Origin: Patellaria atrata CBS 101060
Lineage: Eukaryota
Direction: 5' to 3'
Assembly: GCA_010093705.1 (NCBI GenBank)
Contig: MU006102.1
Coordinates: forward strand, 671,993-729,019
DNA length: 57,027 bases
Position 1 is the first letter of the stretch. Each line of letters starts with the position of its first letter. Position numbers and translations under genes: made by a program. The notes beneath the pieces are model-generated. The model did not search any database and was not told the DNA's origin. It saw only the letters and a list, made by a program, of their open reading frames with translations. Shown here in pieces: positions 26,097 through 39,500 of the stretch.

Positions 26097-26368
26097 TATA
26101 ACGACGTGTCACGATGCTGATCCCGTATTTCTTATACTGAGTGTTTGGTTTATTTGCAAGAGATCTTTGCCGGGTCGGACGCGGAAAAGATCTCTAAGCG
26201 CTGATTGGTTAAACGGAAGATAGTCGGGCCGAGGCTTGGTAAGGCGGGACTATTATATGCGGATATTCGGCCCACGATATTATTATTCCTTAACTTAATC
26301 TCCACACTTAGTAGTTAGTAATAGAGATAGTTAAAATACGATTACTACAGCTATACTACATTGTTATA
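26097..26368 (+). mobile_element. Solo LTR of family A (272 bp, subtype A') in the chromodomain of B
   Basis: Perfect TSD AGCCC (26092-26096 / 26369-26373); host frame NFIRA|P[H]KIEEFHD rejoins. Confidence 0.93.
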
Positions 26369-26623
26369 AGCCCCGTATAAGATAGAGGAGTTTCACGACG
26401 AAAGACTATTAGACGCTAAGCCTCTAATCCGATTAAACGTATAGCTTAAAGCCTATCGGGCTAATAACCACGAACTAGAACCATATCTAAACGACGATAA
26501 AGTCGAGAAGAAAGGTCTAGCTTAGATTTAAAGGCGTCGAAAGTGAGTATAAATAAGGCGAACGTTACCTACTATAGAAATCCGTAACTAGTTAACGATT
26601 TCTACTTTTAAGGGGGGGGGTAG

Positions 26624-26821
26624 TATAACGATATTATAGATTATTATTTCCTACTTTCCCTTATTAGTAGTAGTCGCGCCGAGGTTCTACCGCTACGTGC
26701 TTAATACTAGTAGATCGCGCGATTATAACTTCTTTTTTCCTTAATTTAATCTCTTTATACTATAGTTAGGTTATACTAGTTATAATCTAATTCGATTCTC
26801 TATAACCGCTACGCCGTTATA
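26624..26821 (+). repeat. 3' LTR of B
   Basis: Follows the PPT; repeat of 13373-13570. Confidence 0.92.
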
Positions 26822-28571
26822 ATAATACTAGTAATCTATACTATATTTATAATCTTCCCACGTTACTACTATATATCCCGCGTGAATTAGCGCCTAATAA
26901 TATCGTCTATATTTAAGTTTATCTATATAACTAAAACTATTATATTTTTTATAGTCGTCTATTAATGGTTCGAGTTCTTAGTTCTTTTCGAGTACTTTTA
27001 TTTTATCTTCGTAGGTTTTATATCCTCTTATTTAGCACTCGTTTTTAGGTAAATATATATATATAAAGTTTTAATTCTTAAACTTTACTATAACCTTCTA
27101 CTATTTATAGTATAAGTAGTTATCCTCTTTATATTATATTTATCGAAAGATTAGATAGTTCTCTACTCTTAATATAAGGTTTAATTACTATTCTTCGATA
27201 ATTATATTAATATTAAGTTTAGGTTCGATCGGCTCCTAATTTTAGAATTCTTATTTAAGCTAATATTATTATTCTATAATCTAGTATATAAGGTTTAGTC
27301 TATTAAATATTTATACTCTAATCCTTTAACCTTAGTTCTATACTAGATATTTTAATACTATATACACGTGTACGTTTCTATATATCTAATATTATTAGTA
27401 GTTTAAATATTATCGGAATATCTCCTCCTTTAACTAATTTCCTATTATTAGGAACGGTGTTAGTAACCTACTTATCTCTATTTAATAGAGTAGCGGTGTT
27501 TCTTTAATCTTTTCTTCTTCGAGCGATAAGACTAGTGATAATAATATTAGATATATAACTCTAAATTATATACGTTAGTTATATCGCGAGGGTGGTTACG
27601 TCTTTTATAGATAGTCTCTCTTAAAGTATTCTACTTCTTTATATTATAGATATATTTTATTTATAAAGTGTTCTTTTTCTTTTTAGATAAATTATTATTA
27701 TTTCTTTAACTTCTTTTATTTTATCTATTATAGTCGGTTAAGATCTATTAAGTCTCCTTAATCTTATTTATTTATAGCTTTTATTATCTTCTTTCTATAC
27801 TTAACTATAATATTCTTCCGTCCTCCCTTTTTTTATCTATATTTATATAACCTATTATCTATTCTAACTATTAAGATTACTATATTCTATATAGTTATTA
27901 GTCTTTTATAATAAATTTACTTATCCTTTACTTCTTCCTTTAAACCTTAATAAAAGGCTATTATTAGTGGTTTATTAGGCTAACTTAATATTAATACTAT
28001 CTATTAGAATATAGTTATATACTTTAAAGTTAATCCTTTTTATCTAAGTTTTTAAAGCTTTCTTTTAGCTACTTATTATTTGTCGATTTCCCTAAAAACG
28101 TTTTTAAGTATTTCCTTAAACTTTAGAAACGACGCGAAGATTTTACTTATTTTATCTTTTTAATCTTCTTTATTATTCTTAAGGTAGTCCCGTATAATAG
28201 ATTCGAACTATTCTAAAGTATCTCCTTTAAGGTACGTTAATATATCGAGTATATATTCACTATCGTCTATTAACTCTATTCTTTTATAATAGATCCTTAT
28301 TTAGGTTAAGAATCCTCTTAACTCGTCTTATTTACTATCGTATAATACGGGTTCTTTAACTTTTACGATCCATTTTTATAGTGATAGTAACTATATAGTA
28401 AGCTACTTAAGCTAGTCCCTAAGTTCTTAGACTATCTCTTTATTTTCGAGTTCGCTAATACGTTTATATAACGCTTAGATATATTCTTTATCCGTCTTCG
28501 TATTAGCTATAGTTAACGATATCGTGTCTAGGTCTATTATACGCTTTCCTACTACGTGGTAGTTATAATAT

Positions 28572-29150
28572 TATAACGGGAGTCTATACTTATCGAGATA
28601 GAATTAGATAAGTCTAGAAACGCGTCTAGCTTCTTATTTAACGTGGTTAACTATAAAGGTAGGTTTAGTAAAGTGATAGGATTCGTATAATAAAGGCACT
28701 TTAAGTTAACGATATAACTTGCTAACTCCTTAACTTCGGGTAATACTTATAATGAGATAAGACGTACTATATAGAAATAGTGTAATAAGTGAAGTTAAGT
28801 TTAAAACCGTAACATCTAAATCTATAGATAAGATTAATAGTAAGAATAACTACGAAGAATCTAAATATATAAGGGAAAGACCGTCCTTAAATATTCCTAT
28901 CCTTTATAGCTAATTTAGTTGCCTATATTCTAGTCGTTCTAGTCGTTAGTCGTTCTCTACGACTAGCGCGTTTAGCGACCACTATCTAGTCGTTTTAGTC
29001 GTTAGTCGTTTTCTACGACTAGCGCGTCCAGCGACCACTATCTGGTCACGTGATTCTCTATCACTTGTTTCACCCGTAGTTCCCCCGAGTGGTGTTCCTT
29101 TCTTCCCCTTACTCGTTATCTATATATTCCTATAACTTATAGCTATAATA
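28572..29150 (-). repeat. 5' LTR of C1 (579 bp, subtype alpha, two 56-bp units)
   Basis: Matches 8289-8923 minus one 56-bp unit; least RIPed C LTR in the window. Confidence 0.9.
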
Positions 29151-31717
29151 ATAACTTAGATTACTTTTAATTTCTACTCTTTATCTTTACGCGGTATAGT
29201 AGTCGTACTATATTCCTTTAATTATATATTATCTAAAATCTATCGCGTTATATTTAATAGTTTATTTAATAGTTTCTCTATTATTTTTAAATACTTTTAT
29301 TTTCTATAAAAACATTTTTATTTTATAGAACTCTTCCTCTAATTCTTTATAATATTAGTAATCCGTATTATATTTATAATCTTTCTATATTACTACTATA
29401 TATCCCGCGTAGATTAGCGTTTAGTAATATCGTTTATATTTAAGTTTATCTATATAATTAAAACTATTATATTTTCTATAATCGTCTATTAGTGATTTAA
29501 GTTCTTAGTTCTTTTTAAGTACTTTTATTTTATCTTTATAGATTTTATACTCTCTTACCTAGCACTTGTTTTTAGATAAATATATATATATAAGGTCTTA
29601 ATCTCTAAATATTATTATAACCTTTTACTATTTATAGTATAAGTAGTTATCCTCTTTATATTATATCTATTAAAAGATTAGATAGTCTTTTACTCTCGAT
29701 ATAAGATTTAATTATTATTTTTCGATAATTATATCGATATTAAATTTAGATTTAATTAGCTCTTAGTCTTAGAATTTTTATTTAAACTAATATTATTATT
29801 TTATAATCTAGTATATAAGATTTAATTTATTAAATATTTATACTTTAATTCTTTAACTCTAATTTTATATTAGATATTTTAATATTATATATATATATAT
29901 ATATTTCTATACGCTTAATATTATTAGTAATTTAAATATTATCGAAATATCTTCTCTCCTAGCTAGTTATCTATTATTAGAAATAGTATCGATAGTTTAC
30001 TTACTTTTATCTAATATAATAGCGGTATTTCTTTAATCTCTTCTTCTTCGAGCGATAAGACTAGTAATAATAATATTAAATATATAATTTTAAGTTATAT
30101 ATATTAGTTATATCGCGAGGATAATTATATCTTTTATAGATAATCTCTTTTAAAATATCCTATTTCTTTATATTATAAATATACTTTATTTATAAAGCGT
30201 TCTTTTTCTTTTTAAATAAATTATCGTTATTTCTTTAATTTCTTTTATTTTATCTATTATAGTTAATTAAGATTTATTAAATCTTCTTAATTTTATTTAT
30301 TTATAATTTTTATTATTTTCTTTTTATATCTAATTATAATATTCTTCTATCCTCTCTTTTTTTATTTATATTTATATAATCTATTATTTATTTTAACTAT
30401 TAAAGTTACTATATTTTATATAATTATTAATCTTTTATAATAAACCTATTTATCTTTTATTTCTTCCTTTAAACCTTAATAGAAAGTTATTATTAATAAT
30501 TTATTAAGCTAATCTAATATTAATATTATCTATTAAAATATAATTATATACTTTAAAGTTAACTCTTTTTATTTAAGTTTTTAAAACTTTCTTTTAACTA
30601 TTTATTATTTATTAACTTCTTTAAAAACGTTCTTAAACGTTTCTTTAAACTTTAAAAACGACTTAAAGATTTTAATTATTTTATCTTTTTAATATTCTTT
30701 ATTATTCTTAAAATAGTCTTATATAATAAGTTTAAACTATTTTAAAGCGTCTCCTTTAAAATATATTAATATATTAAGTATATATTTACTATTATCTATT
30801 AATTTTATTCTTTTATAATAGATTTTTATCTAGATTAAGAATCCTTTTAACTTATCTTATTTATTATTATATAATACGGGTTCTTTAACTTTCGCGGTTT
30901 ATTTCTATAGTAAAAGTAACTATATAGTAAATTATTTAAGCTAATTCCTAAATTCTTAAACTATTTCTTTATTTTTAAGTTTATTAATATATTTATATAA
31001 TATTTAAATATATTCTTTATCTATCTTTATATTAGTTATAGTTAATAATATCGTATTTAGATCTATTATATATTTTCCTATTATATAATAATTATAATAT
31101 TATAACGGGAGTCTATACTTATTAAAATAAAATTAAATAAGTCTAAAAATATATTTAGCTTTTCACTTAATATAATTAATTATAAAGGTAAATTTAGTAA
31201 AATAATAGAATATATATAATAAAGACACTTTAAATTAATAGTATAATTTATTAACTTCTTAACTTTAGATAATACTTATAATAAGATAAGACGTATTATA
31301 TAGAAATAGCGTAATAAGTGAAGTTAAGTTTAAAACTATAATATTTAAATCTATAAATAAGATTAATAGTAAGAATAACTACGAAAAATCTAAATATATA
31401 AGAGAAGGACTATTTTTAAATATCTTTATTTTTTATAGTTAATTTAGTTATTTATACTTTAATTATTCTAGTTATTTAATTATTTCTCCTATAATTAAGA
31501 TATTTATACGTTTAAACGTCTAAATTATATAATATCTTTTAATTATTCTAGTCGTTTAGTCGTTTAATTATTTCTTTTATAATTAAAATATCTAAATATC
31601 TAAATATCTAAGTTATATAGTTTATTATTACTCGTTTTATTTATAATTCTTTTAAGTGATCTTCCTCTCTTCCCTTTACTTATTATCTATATATTCCTAT
31701 AATTTATAGCCGTAATA
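29151..31717 (-). mobile_element. Gypsy family C, copy C0-right (gag, leader, 5' LTR 31101-31717 subtype beta)
   Basis: Colinear with 13170-13372 + 26827-28571; LTR ends ...agccgtaata. Confidence 0.85.
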
Positions 31718-31774
31718 ATAAACTAAATATTTAATATAGAAAATATAGAATTAATATTATAATATATTATTATA
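31718..31774 (-). repeat. 57-bp terminal remnant of a family A LTR, interrupted by the C LTR
   Basis: Near-identical to the last 57 bp of 36208-36479 and 4498-4769. Confidence 0.8.
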
Positions 31775-34700
31775 TTTTTCTTTTTTAGTTATAATAAGAA
31801 TTATAAAATAGATAAATATAAATTTTAGTTTAAAGTTAAAATTAATATATTTTTTTAATATATTATTTCTTTCTTTTAAGATTTTAATTATTATAAATCT
31901 TTAATTTTAAGTTTTAACTTCTTTTATCTTTTATAAAGACTCGATTATTATTATTTTAGTTATTATTATCTAGATCTTAAATTTTAACTTTAAAATATAC
32001 TTTTTTATTATCTTTTTTTTAAGATTATATATTTTTTACTATATTAAGATATTTTCTTAAATAGTAGTTATTATTTTATTAAAAGTTAAAAAGATATTAT
32101 TATTATATTTAAATTAATTAATATTTAAATTTATATTATAATATTTTTATTTTTTATTATTTTTAAATCTTTTTATTTATAAGAAAGTGTATTTATTATA
32201 ATATTTTAAGCTTTAAACTAATATATAATTTAAAAATAAAAATTAGAGAGAATTTTACTTTATTAAATTTATTTAATATTAAATAATTATTTTATAATAA
32301 AGTATTTTAATATTTTATAATTAATAATTATAATAAAGAGAACTTATTATAATTTTATTAATATACTTTTTTATTTAGTTAATACTTTTATTATAGTTAA
32401 TATTTTCTTATTATAGATTTTATATCTTAATTTTATTTTTAATAATATTTTAGTTTAAAAGATAACTAATCTTTAAATATATTTATAAAATTATAATATA
32501 ATTATTATAATAATCTTATTATTATAATTAAACTTAACTTTTATCTTAAATAAAGAATTATAATATATTAATATTTAATTTAATAGAATTAACTTTTTTA
32601 TTTTCTTAAATATCTTTTTTTCTTTTTATTTAAGTGGTTTTTAAATCTCTTTTTATATTTATATTATTAATAATTATATAATTTATCTAAATTTCTTTAA
32701 AAACTTTTAATAAAAGTTATAAAATTTATTAAATAATAAAATTCTTTTTATATTTATTAATAACTTTTAATTTTAAATTATTTTAATCTTTTCTAAATCT
32801 ATTACTATTTTATTAGTATTAATAATAAAGTGAAAGAATTTTATCTTTATTATATAGAATTTATTTTTCTTAATATTAGTTTATAAACTAGTCTTAATTA
32901 ATATTTCTAATATTTTTATAATATAGATTTAATACTTTAATAAGTATTTAAAATAAATTAATATATTATTAATATATATTATATAAAAGTTATTTAAATA
33001 TTAAAAGAGCGTCTTATTAATAAACTATTAAAATAAAGTTAAACTATTATATAATTTAAAAAGTAATATTTTATATTTAAATAATTTATATCTTATTTAG
33101 AAGATAGTAAAATCTTTAATTAACTTTTTTATTTAAATTTAATAGAATACTTATTTTATATTAAATTTTATAAATATTTTTACTTATTAAAAATATATTA
33201 ATATTTCTTTAATTAAGAGTAATAGATACTTATTTTTTTTAATAATATTATTTAACTTTTTATAATTAATATAAAATCTTTAATTTCCTTTTAACTTCTT
33301 AATAAATAATATTAAAGATATATATAATATCTTATTTAAAATAATAAATCTCTTTTAAAAGTATTTCTTTAAATAATTCTTTATTAGTTATAAATATTTA
33401 ATAAATATAATATATAAAAAGTTAATAATAAAATTATTATTTTAATTTAATATTATATTATAATTTATATTTTCTTTAAATAGTAATAGTTTATTTAATA
33501 TAGATTTTAAGAATATATAACTTAAATAATAATATTTCTTAAATAGCTTTTTATAAATTATTATTTTATAAATATCTTTATTTTTATTTAAAAGATTTTT
33601 ATCTTTTATAAGTTAATTTTATATTAAAAAAATAATTTTATATAAATTTATAATATTTATAATAATATATTTATATTTTATATTTTATAAGTAATTTTTT
33701 TAGCTAATTAAATAAATATTTATATAGATTTTAATAATATTAATCTATTTATTTAATTTTAACTTTAACTTTTTAGAAAGTTTTAGTATCTCTCTTTTTA
33801 TTAAGTTTAATAGTTTTAATTTTATCTTTTAAAGATTAAAATTAATATTCTTAATTATAAACTTAATTACTTTTATTAAAATAATTATAGTTTTCTTTTT
33901 TAATTAATTAATATTTTCTATTAATTATATTCTTATTTATTAATAGCTTTATCTTATTATTTTATATTAAATGAATATTATAAATTAATTTAAATTTATA
34001 GCTTATTTTTTAAAATTATAATATTTTATTATTAATCTTTAATTATAATAGTCTATTTCGATTAAATAATCTAATAATATTTATAATTAAATAAATTATT
34101 AATTTTAAAAAATTACTCTTTATTTATAAATATATTATTATAATTTATATTTATTATTATAATCGATATTAACTATCTTTATTCTTTAATTATAAGACTT
34201 ATCTTAAATATTTAATTAATTAATATTACCTTTAAATTATTAAAGATATTAACTTTAATCTTTTAATCTATCTTTTTAACTTTAATTTTAAAATATTATT
34301 TTAAAGTAAATAGTTATTTCTTATTTAATAAAATATATTCTTAAACTTTAATATTAATTAAGGTCTTAAATTATATTATAATTTTATTCTTTAAAATTTA
34401 ATATAATATTATAAATAGCTTTTTTAATACTAAATTATTAATTAATATTATTAATACTTCTATTCTTAATCTTAATATAAAGTCTTTATTTAAGATTTTT
34501 TATTTTCTAAATCTAATTTTAAATTAAATTTTAAACTTTAATATTTATCTTTTTAAATTAATTTTACTTTAATTATCTTCTTTAATTTCTAGTATTTTAA
34601 CGCTTTATATTTAGTCTTATTATAATTAAAATAGTTATTTATAAATTTTTAAATAATTATAATTTACTTTATTATTTATAATATTATAAATAAGATAATT

Positions 34701-36479
34701 TCTTTATATTTTAATTAATATAAAATTCTATTTATTATTATTAAAATAGAAATTATTTTAGTTAATTTATTATATTTTTAACTTTTTCTATAAATTTTAT
34801 TAGTTTTATTTAATCTTTTTAACTTTTATATTTATATTATAACTTTATTATAATACTTTTAAAAGCTAATTTTATTATTATCTATAATTTCTATTATTAT
34901 TAATCTTAAATTATTATAAAGTTTATTATAAAGTTTCTCTTTCTATTAATTATATAATAATTTAACTTTATTAATTAACTAGATAAATATAAATTAGAAC
35001 TTTAGAAAGTTTATTAAATAATTTTATTTTAACTTTTTTAGTTTATCTTTAACTTTTAATTATTTATTTAAATCTTTATAAATTTAGTTTAAAAATTTTA
35101 TTAATTTTATTAAAATTATTATATTATTCTTCTTTAATTTTAAGAAAAAGTATATATATTTAATTATTTTATTATTAATTTATATTTTAATATAAATAAT
35201 CTTTATTTTTTTATCTTAAAATTAATTATTATTAATATAAAATTTATTATTTATTTTTCTTTTTTATTTTTTATAGATTAATTTCTTAATATTAATTAAT
35301 TTTAATAAATTAAGAAACTTTTTTATTTTATTATTATCTTTAAATTTAAAACTTTTAATTAAATTAACTATTTTAATTTAATTATTATTATTATATAATA
35401 TTAATAATTCTTTATTATTAAATTTATTATTAAATTAAATATTTTTTTAATTTAATTTAAATTATTTAATTTACTTTTTTAAATTATTAATTTTATTTTA
35501 AAGATATTTTATAACTTCTTTATTTATTTAATATATTTATAGCTTTAACTATAAGTTAAGTATTATTTTATTAATAAGATTTACTATCTTTTTAAATTAT
35601 ATCTTTTAAATTATAAACTTTACTTTTATATAAAAATACTTTATTATAAATTAATTTAAATTTCTAATTATTTATTTTTTTACTTTATTAATTATATTAA
35701 TATTTTAATTATTTATAATAATAGTAAATTTAAAAGACTTTTCTTCTTTTATTATTTTAAAAATTTCTTTTAATAGATTTTATAGATTTATTTTTAAAAT
35801 ATTATCGATAATTTTCTAATTAATTACTTTTAATATTAATTTATATTAATATATTTTTTTATTTTCTTTTAATTTAATATTACTTTTTATTTCTAAATTT
35901 ATAATTAATTTATTATCTATTTATTTTATTAAAATTATTAAAAGTTTAATTATCTTATTTAATTTATTATAATATTTACTTTTTTTAATAATTTATATTT
36001 ATTAATTTTAATATTTTTTAAATATTAGATTATTATTATCGTTAATATTAATTTTTTTAAATATTAAATATTTTATTATTAATAGAGTTTAATTATTTAT
36101 AAATTTTTAATTAATTTAATAATTATTTATTAGTTAAATTAATATTATATTTTAATTAAAATATTATATTACTTTTTTAAAAACTATTTAAGAAAAACTT
36201 AATCTAATATAATAATATAATATAATTATAATAATTATATTTTAATTATCTTTATTATTAATTATTAAATATAAAAATTAAATTAAAAAATAATAATATT
36301 ATAAATTAAATATTTATATATAATAGTTTTATTTTATTAAATTTTAATTTAACTATTTTCTATTTAATTAATTAATATTTAAAAATCTTTTTTATATTTA
36401 ATTTAATAAAAATCTTTTATAAATAAACTAAATACTTAATATAGAAAATATAGAATTAATATTATAATATATTATTATA
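31775..36479 (-). mobile_element. Gypsy family A, copy A3 (linker-RNaseH-RT-PR-gag-5' LTR 36208-36479), extremely RIPed
   Basis: Colinear with A1 ~139-4769 with C->T/G->A changes almost to saturation. Confidence 0.88.
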
Positions 36480-36518
36480 TTTATAAACTATATACTTTTA
36501 TAACTTATAATTATAATA
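36480..36518 (-). repeat. Short terminal remnant of a family C LTR
   Basis: tatatacttttataacttataattataata resembles the C LTR end tatatattcctataacttatagctataata. Confidence 0.55.
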
Positions 36519-39500
36519 AATAGTTTAAAAATTTAGAAATTAATTTAAATAACTTATTATATAATTATTATTACTATAAAAATAGATTATAAAAATTAAA
36601 GAATATATATTATATAATAATAAATAAGATAAATTAAAAAGATTTTTAATTTAAATAAAAATCTATTATAAAAGAATAAAGTTAATAAATAATAATAAAT
36701 ATATATTTAATATATTAATATATCTTAAAAGAGATATTTTAAAATAATTTAAATCTATTATATAAAACTATTTTAAAAATAATAAAGAATATTAGAAAAA
36801 TAAAATAATAAAAATCTTTAAATTATTTCTAAAATTTAAAAAAATATTTAAAAATATTTTTAAAAAAGTTAATAAATAATAAATAATTAAAAGAAAACTT
36901 TAAAAATTTAAATAAAAAGAATTAACTTTAAAGTATATAATTATATTTTAATAAATAATATTAATATTATATTAATTTAATAAATTATTAATAATTATTT
37001 TCTATTAAAATTTAAAAGAAAAAGTGAAAAATAAATAAATTTATTATAAAAAACTAATAATTATATAAAATATAATAATTAAAATAATTAAAATAAATAA
37101 TAGATTATATAAATATAAATAAAAAAAGAGAGAATAAAAGAATATTATAATTAAATATAAAAAAAAGATAATAAAAATTATAAATAAATAAAATTAAAAA
37201 GATTTAATAAATTTTAATTAACTATAATAAATAAAATAAAAGAAGTTAAAAAAAATAATAATAATTTATTTAAAAAGAAAAAGAATATTTTATAAATAAA
37301 ATATATTTATAATATAAAAAAGTAAAATATTTTAAAAAAGATTATTTATAAAAGATATAATTAATATTATAATATAATTAATATATATAATTTAAAATTA
37401 TATATTTAATATTATTATTATTAGTTTTATTATTTAAAGATAAAAAGATTAAAAAATATTATTATTATATTAAATAAAAATAAATAAACTATTAATATTA
37501 TTTTTAATAATAGAAAATTAACTAAAAAAAAATACTTTAATAATATTTAAATAATTAATAATATTAAATATATAGAAATATATATATATATATATAATAT
37601 TAAAATATTAAAATATTTAATATAAAATTAAGATTAAAAAATTAGAATATAAATATCTAATAAATTAAATTTTAATATATTAGATTATAAAATAATAATA
37701 ATAATTTAAATAAAAATTTTAAAATTAGAAATTAATTAAATTTAAATTTAATATTAATATAATTATTAAAAAATAATAGTTAAATCTTATATTAAAAATA
37801 AAAAATTATTTAACTTTTTAATAAATATAATATAAAAAAAATAATTATTTATATTATAAATAATAAAAAATTATAATAAAGTTTAAAAAGTATAATTTTA
37901 TATATATATATTTATTTAAAGATAAATATTAGATAAAAGAATATAAAATCTATAAAAACGAAATAAAAATATTTAAAAAAAATTAAAAGATTAAATTATT
38001 AATAAATAATTATAGAAAATATAATAATTTTAATTATATAAATAAGTTTAAATATAAATAATATTATTAAATATTAATTTATATAAAATATATAATAATA
38101 ATATAGAAAAATTATAAATATAATATAAATTATTAATATTATAAAAATTTAAAAGAAAAGTTTTATAAAAAAAAAGTATTTTTATAAAAGATAAAAATAT
38201 TTTAAAATAATAAAGAAATATTTAAATATATTATTAAATATAATATATAAAACTTTAGATAATATATAATAAAAAGTATATAATATAATTATTATATAAT
38301 ATAGAGATAAAAAGTAGAAATTAAAAATAATTTAAATTATAATATAATTATTAAATAAGAATATTAAAAGTTTAAATATAAAAAATATTATAAAGACTTA
38401 TATTATAATAAATATATTAGATTATATTAAATTAAATATATAGAATTTAATTATTTAATATATAATTATATAAAAAATTACTAAATTATTTAAAATAGAA
38501 ATAATTAAAAAATATAACTTTTAAATTTCTTAAAACTTTATAAAATAATAATAAAATATTTTAAATAAATATTATTATATATAATAAAAGAATAATAATA
38601 TTAATTAATAATAATATTAATTAATAATAATATTATTAATTTATTTATTTTATTTTAATAAATAGAAAAGAAAAGTATATTTTTTATAAAATTTAAAAAT
38701 TTAATTCTATTATAACTAAAAAATAATAAAGAAATAAAATATAAATAAAATTTAATTAATTTTAAAATTATATTAATAAAAGTTAATATATAAGAAAAGA
38801 TAATTATTTAATATATTTTTATAATTAATTTAAAAGATATAAATATATTTTAGAAATAAATTTATTATAAATAATAAAGTTAAATATTAATTAAAAAATA
38901 ATAAATTTTTAAATTAATTAAAATATTTTATAAAAGAATAAAATTAAATAAATAAAATATATTTAATAAATAAATATTAATATTTATAAAATATATTTTA
39001 TATTATAAAATAATAAAGATTTATAAAAATTAATTTAAAAGTATAAAAATAATATAATTTAAAAAAGTAAATATTAAAAAGATTTTTAAAGAATTAAAAA
39101 TATTTAAAAAATATAATAAGTTTAAAGATTTATTTAAAGAAAATATAATAATTATATTTCTAAATTATTAAATATAGAATTATAAAATAATATTAAAAAA
39201 AAATATAAAATTTAAATTTAAATTTATTTATTTATTATTAAAAGAATAATATAAAATATTTAAAAAATATATTTATATTAATTTAAAAAAGAGATATATA
39301 TAATTTAATAAAAATTTAATAATTTTAATAATTTTATTTATATTAAAAAAGAATAGTAAATTAAGATTATATATTAATTATAAATAATTAAATAATATTA
39401 TAATTAAAAATAGATATTTATTATTCTTAATTTTAAAAATTTAAAATAAATTATAAAAAGTAAAATAATTTATAAAATTTAATATTTAAGATAATTACTA

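Larger units (their letters stand above)
13373..26821 (+). mobile_element. Gypsy chromovirus family B, full-length copy with two nested A insertions
   Basis: 198-bp LTRs at both ends; perfect TSD ATAAT (13368-13372 / 26822-26826); PPT aggggggggg 26611-26620; gag knuckle TGNCFN[C]GKPGHRSA[DC]R at ~15161-15214; LID[T]G protease at ~15433; RT split at 16636/23269; integrase S[D]RGP[Q]F at ~25253; chromodomain ~25975-26400. Confidence 0.93.
8289..29150 (-). mobile_element. Gypsy family C, copy C1 (apparently full length, interrupted by element B at 13373-26821; probably chimeric)
   Basis: LTRs at 8289-8923 and 28572-29150; internal sequence rejoins across B (attctttataat|actagtaatc, compare uninterrupted 29341-29365); RT YLD[D]ILVY in track ORF 11680..11904; gag CCHC knuckle at ~27610-27655. 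Confidence 0.85.

Noticed and set aside
28540..28571. tRNA primer-binding site or self-priming match for family C
   Set aside because: Only a short (~7 bp) AT-rich match to the LTR is visible after RIP, which is not enough to call.
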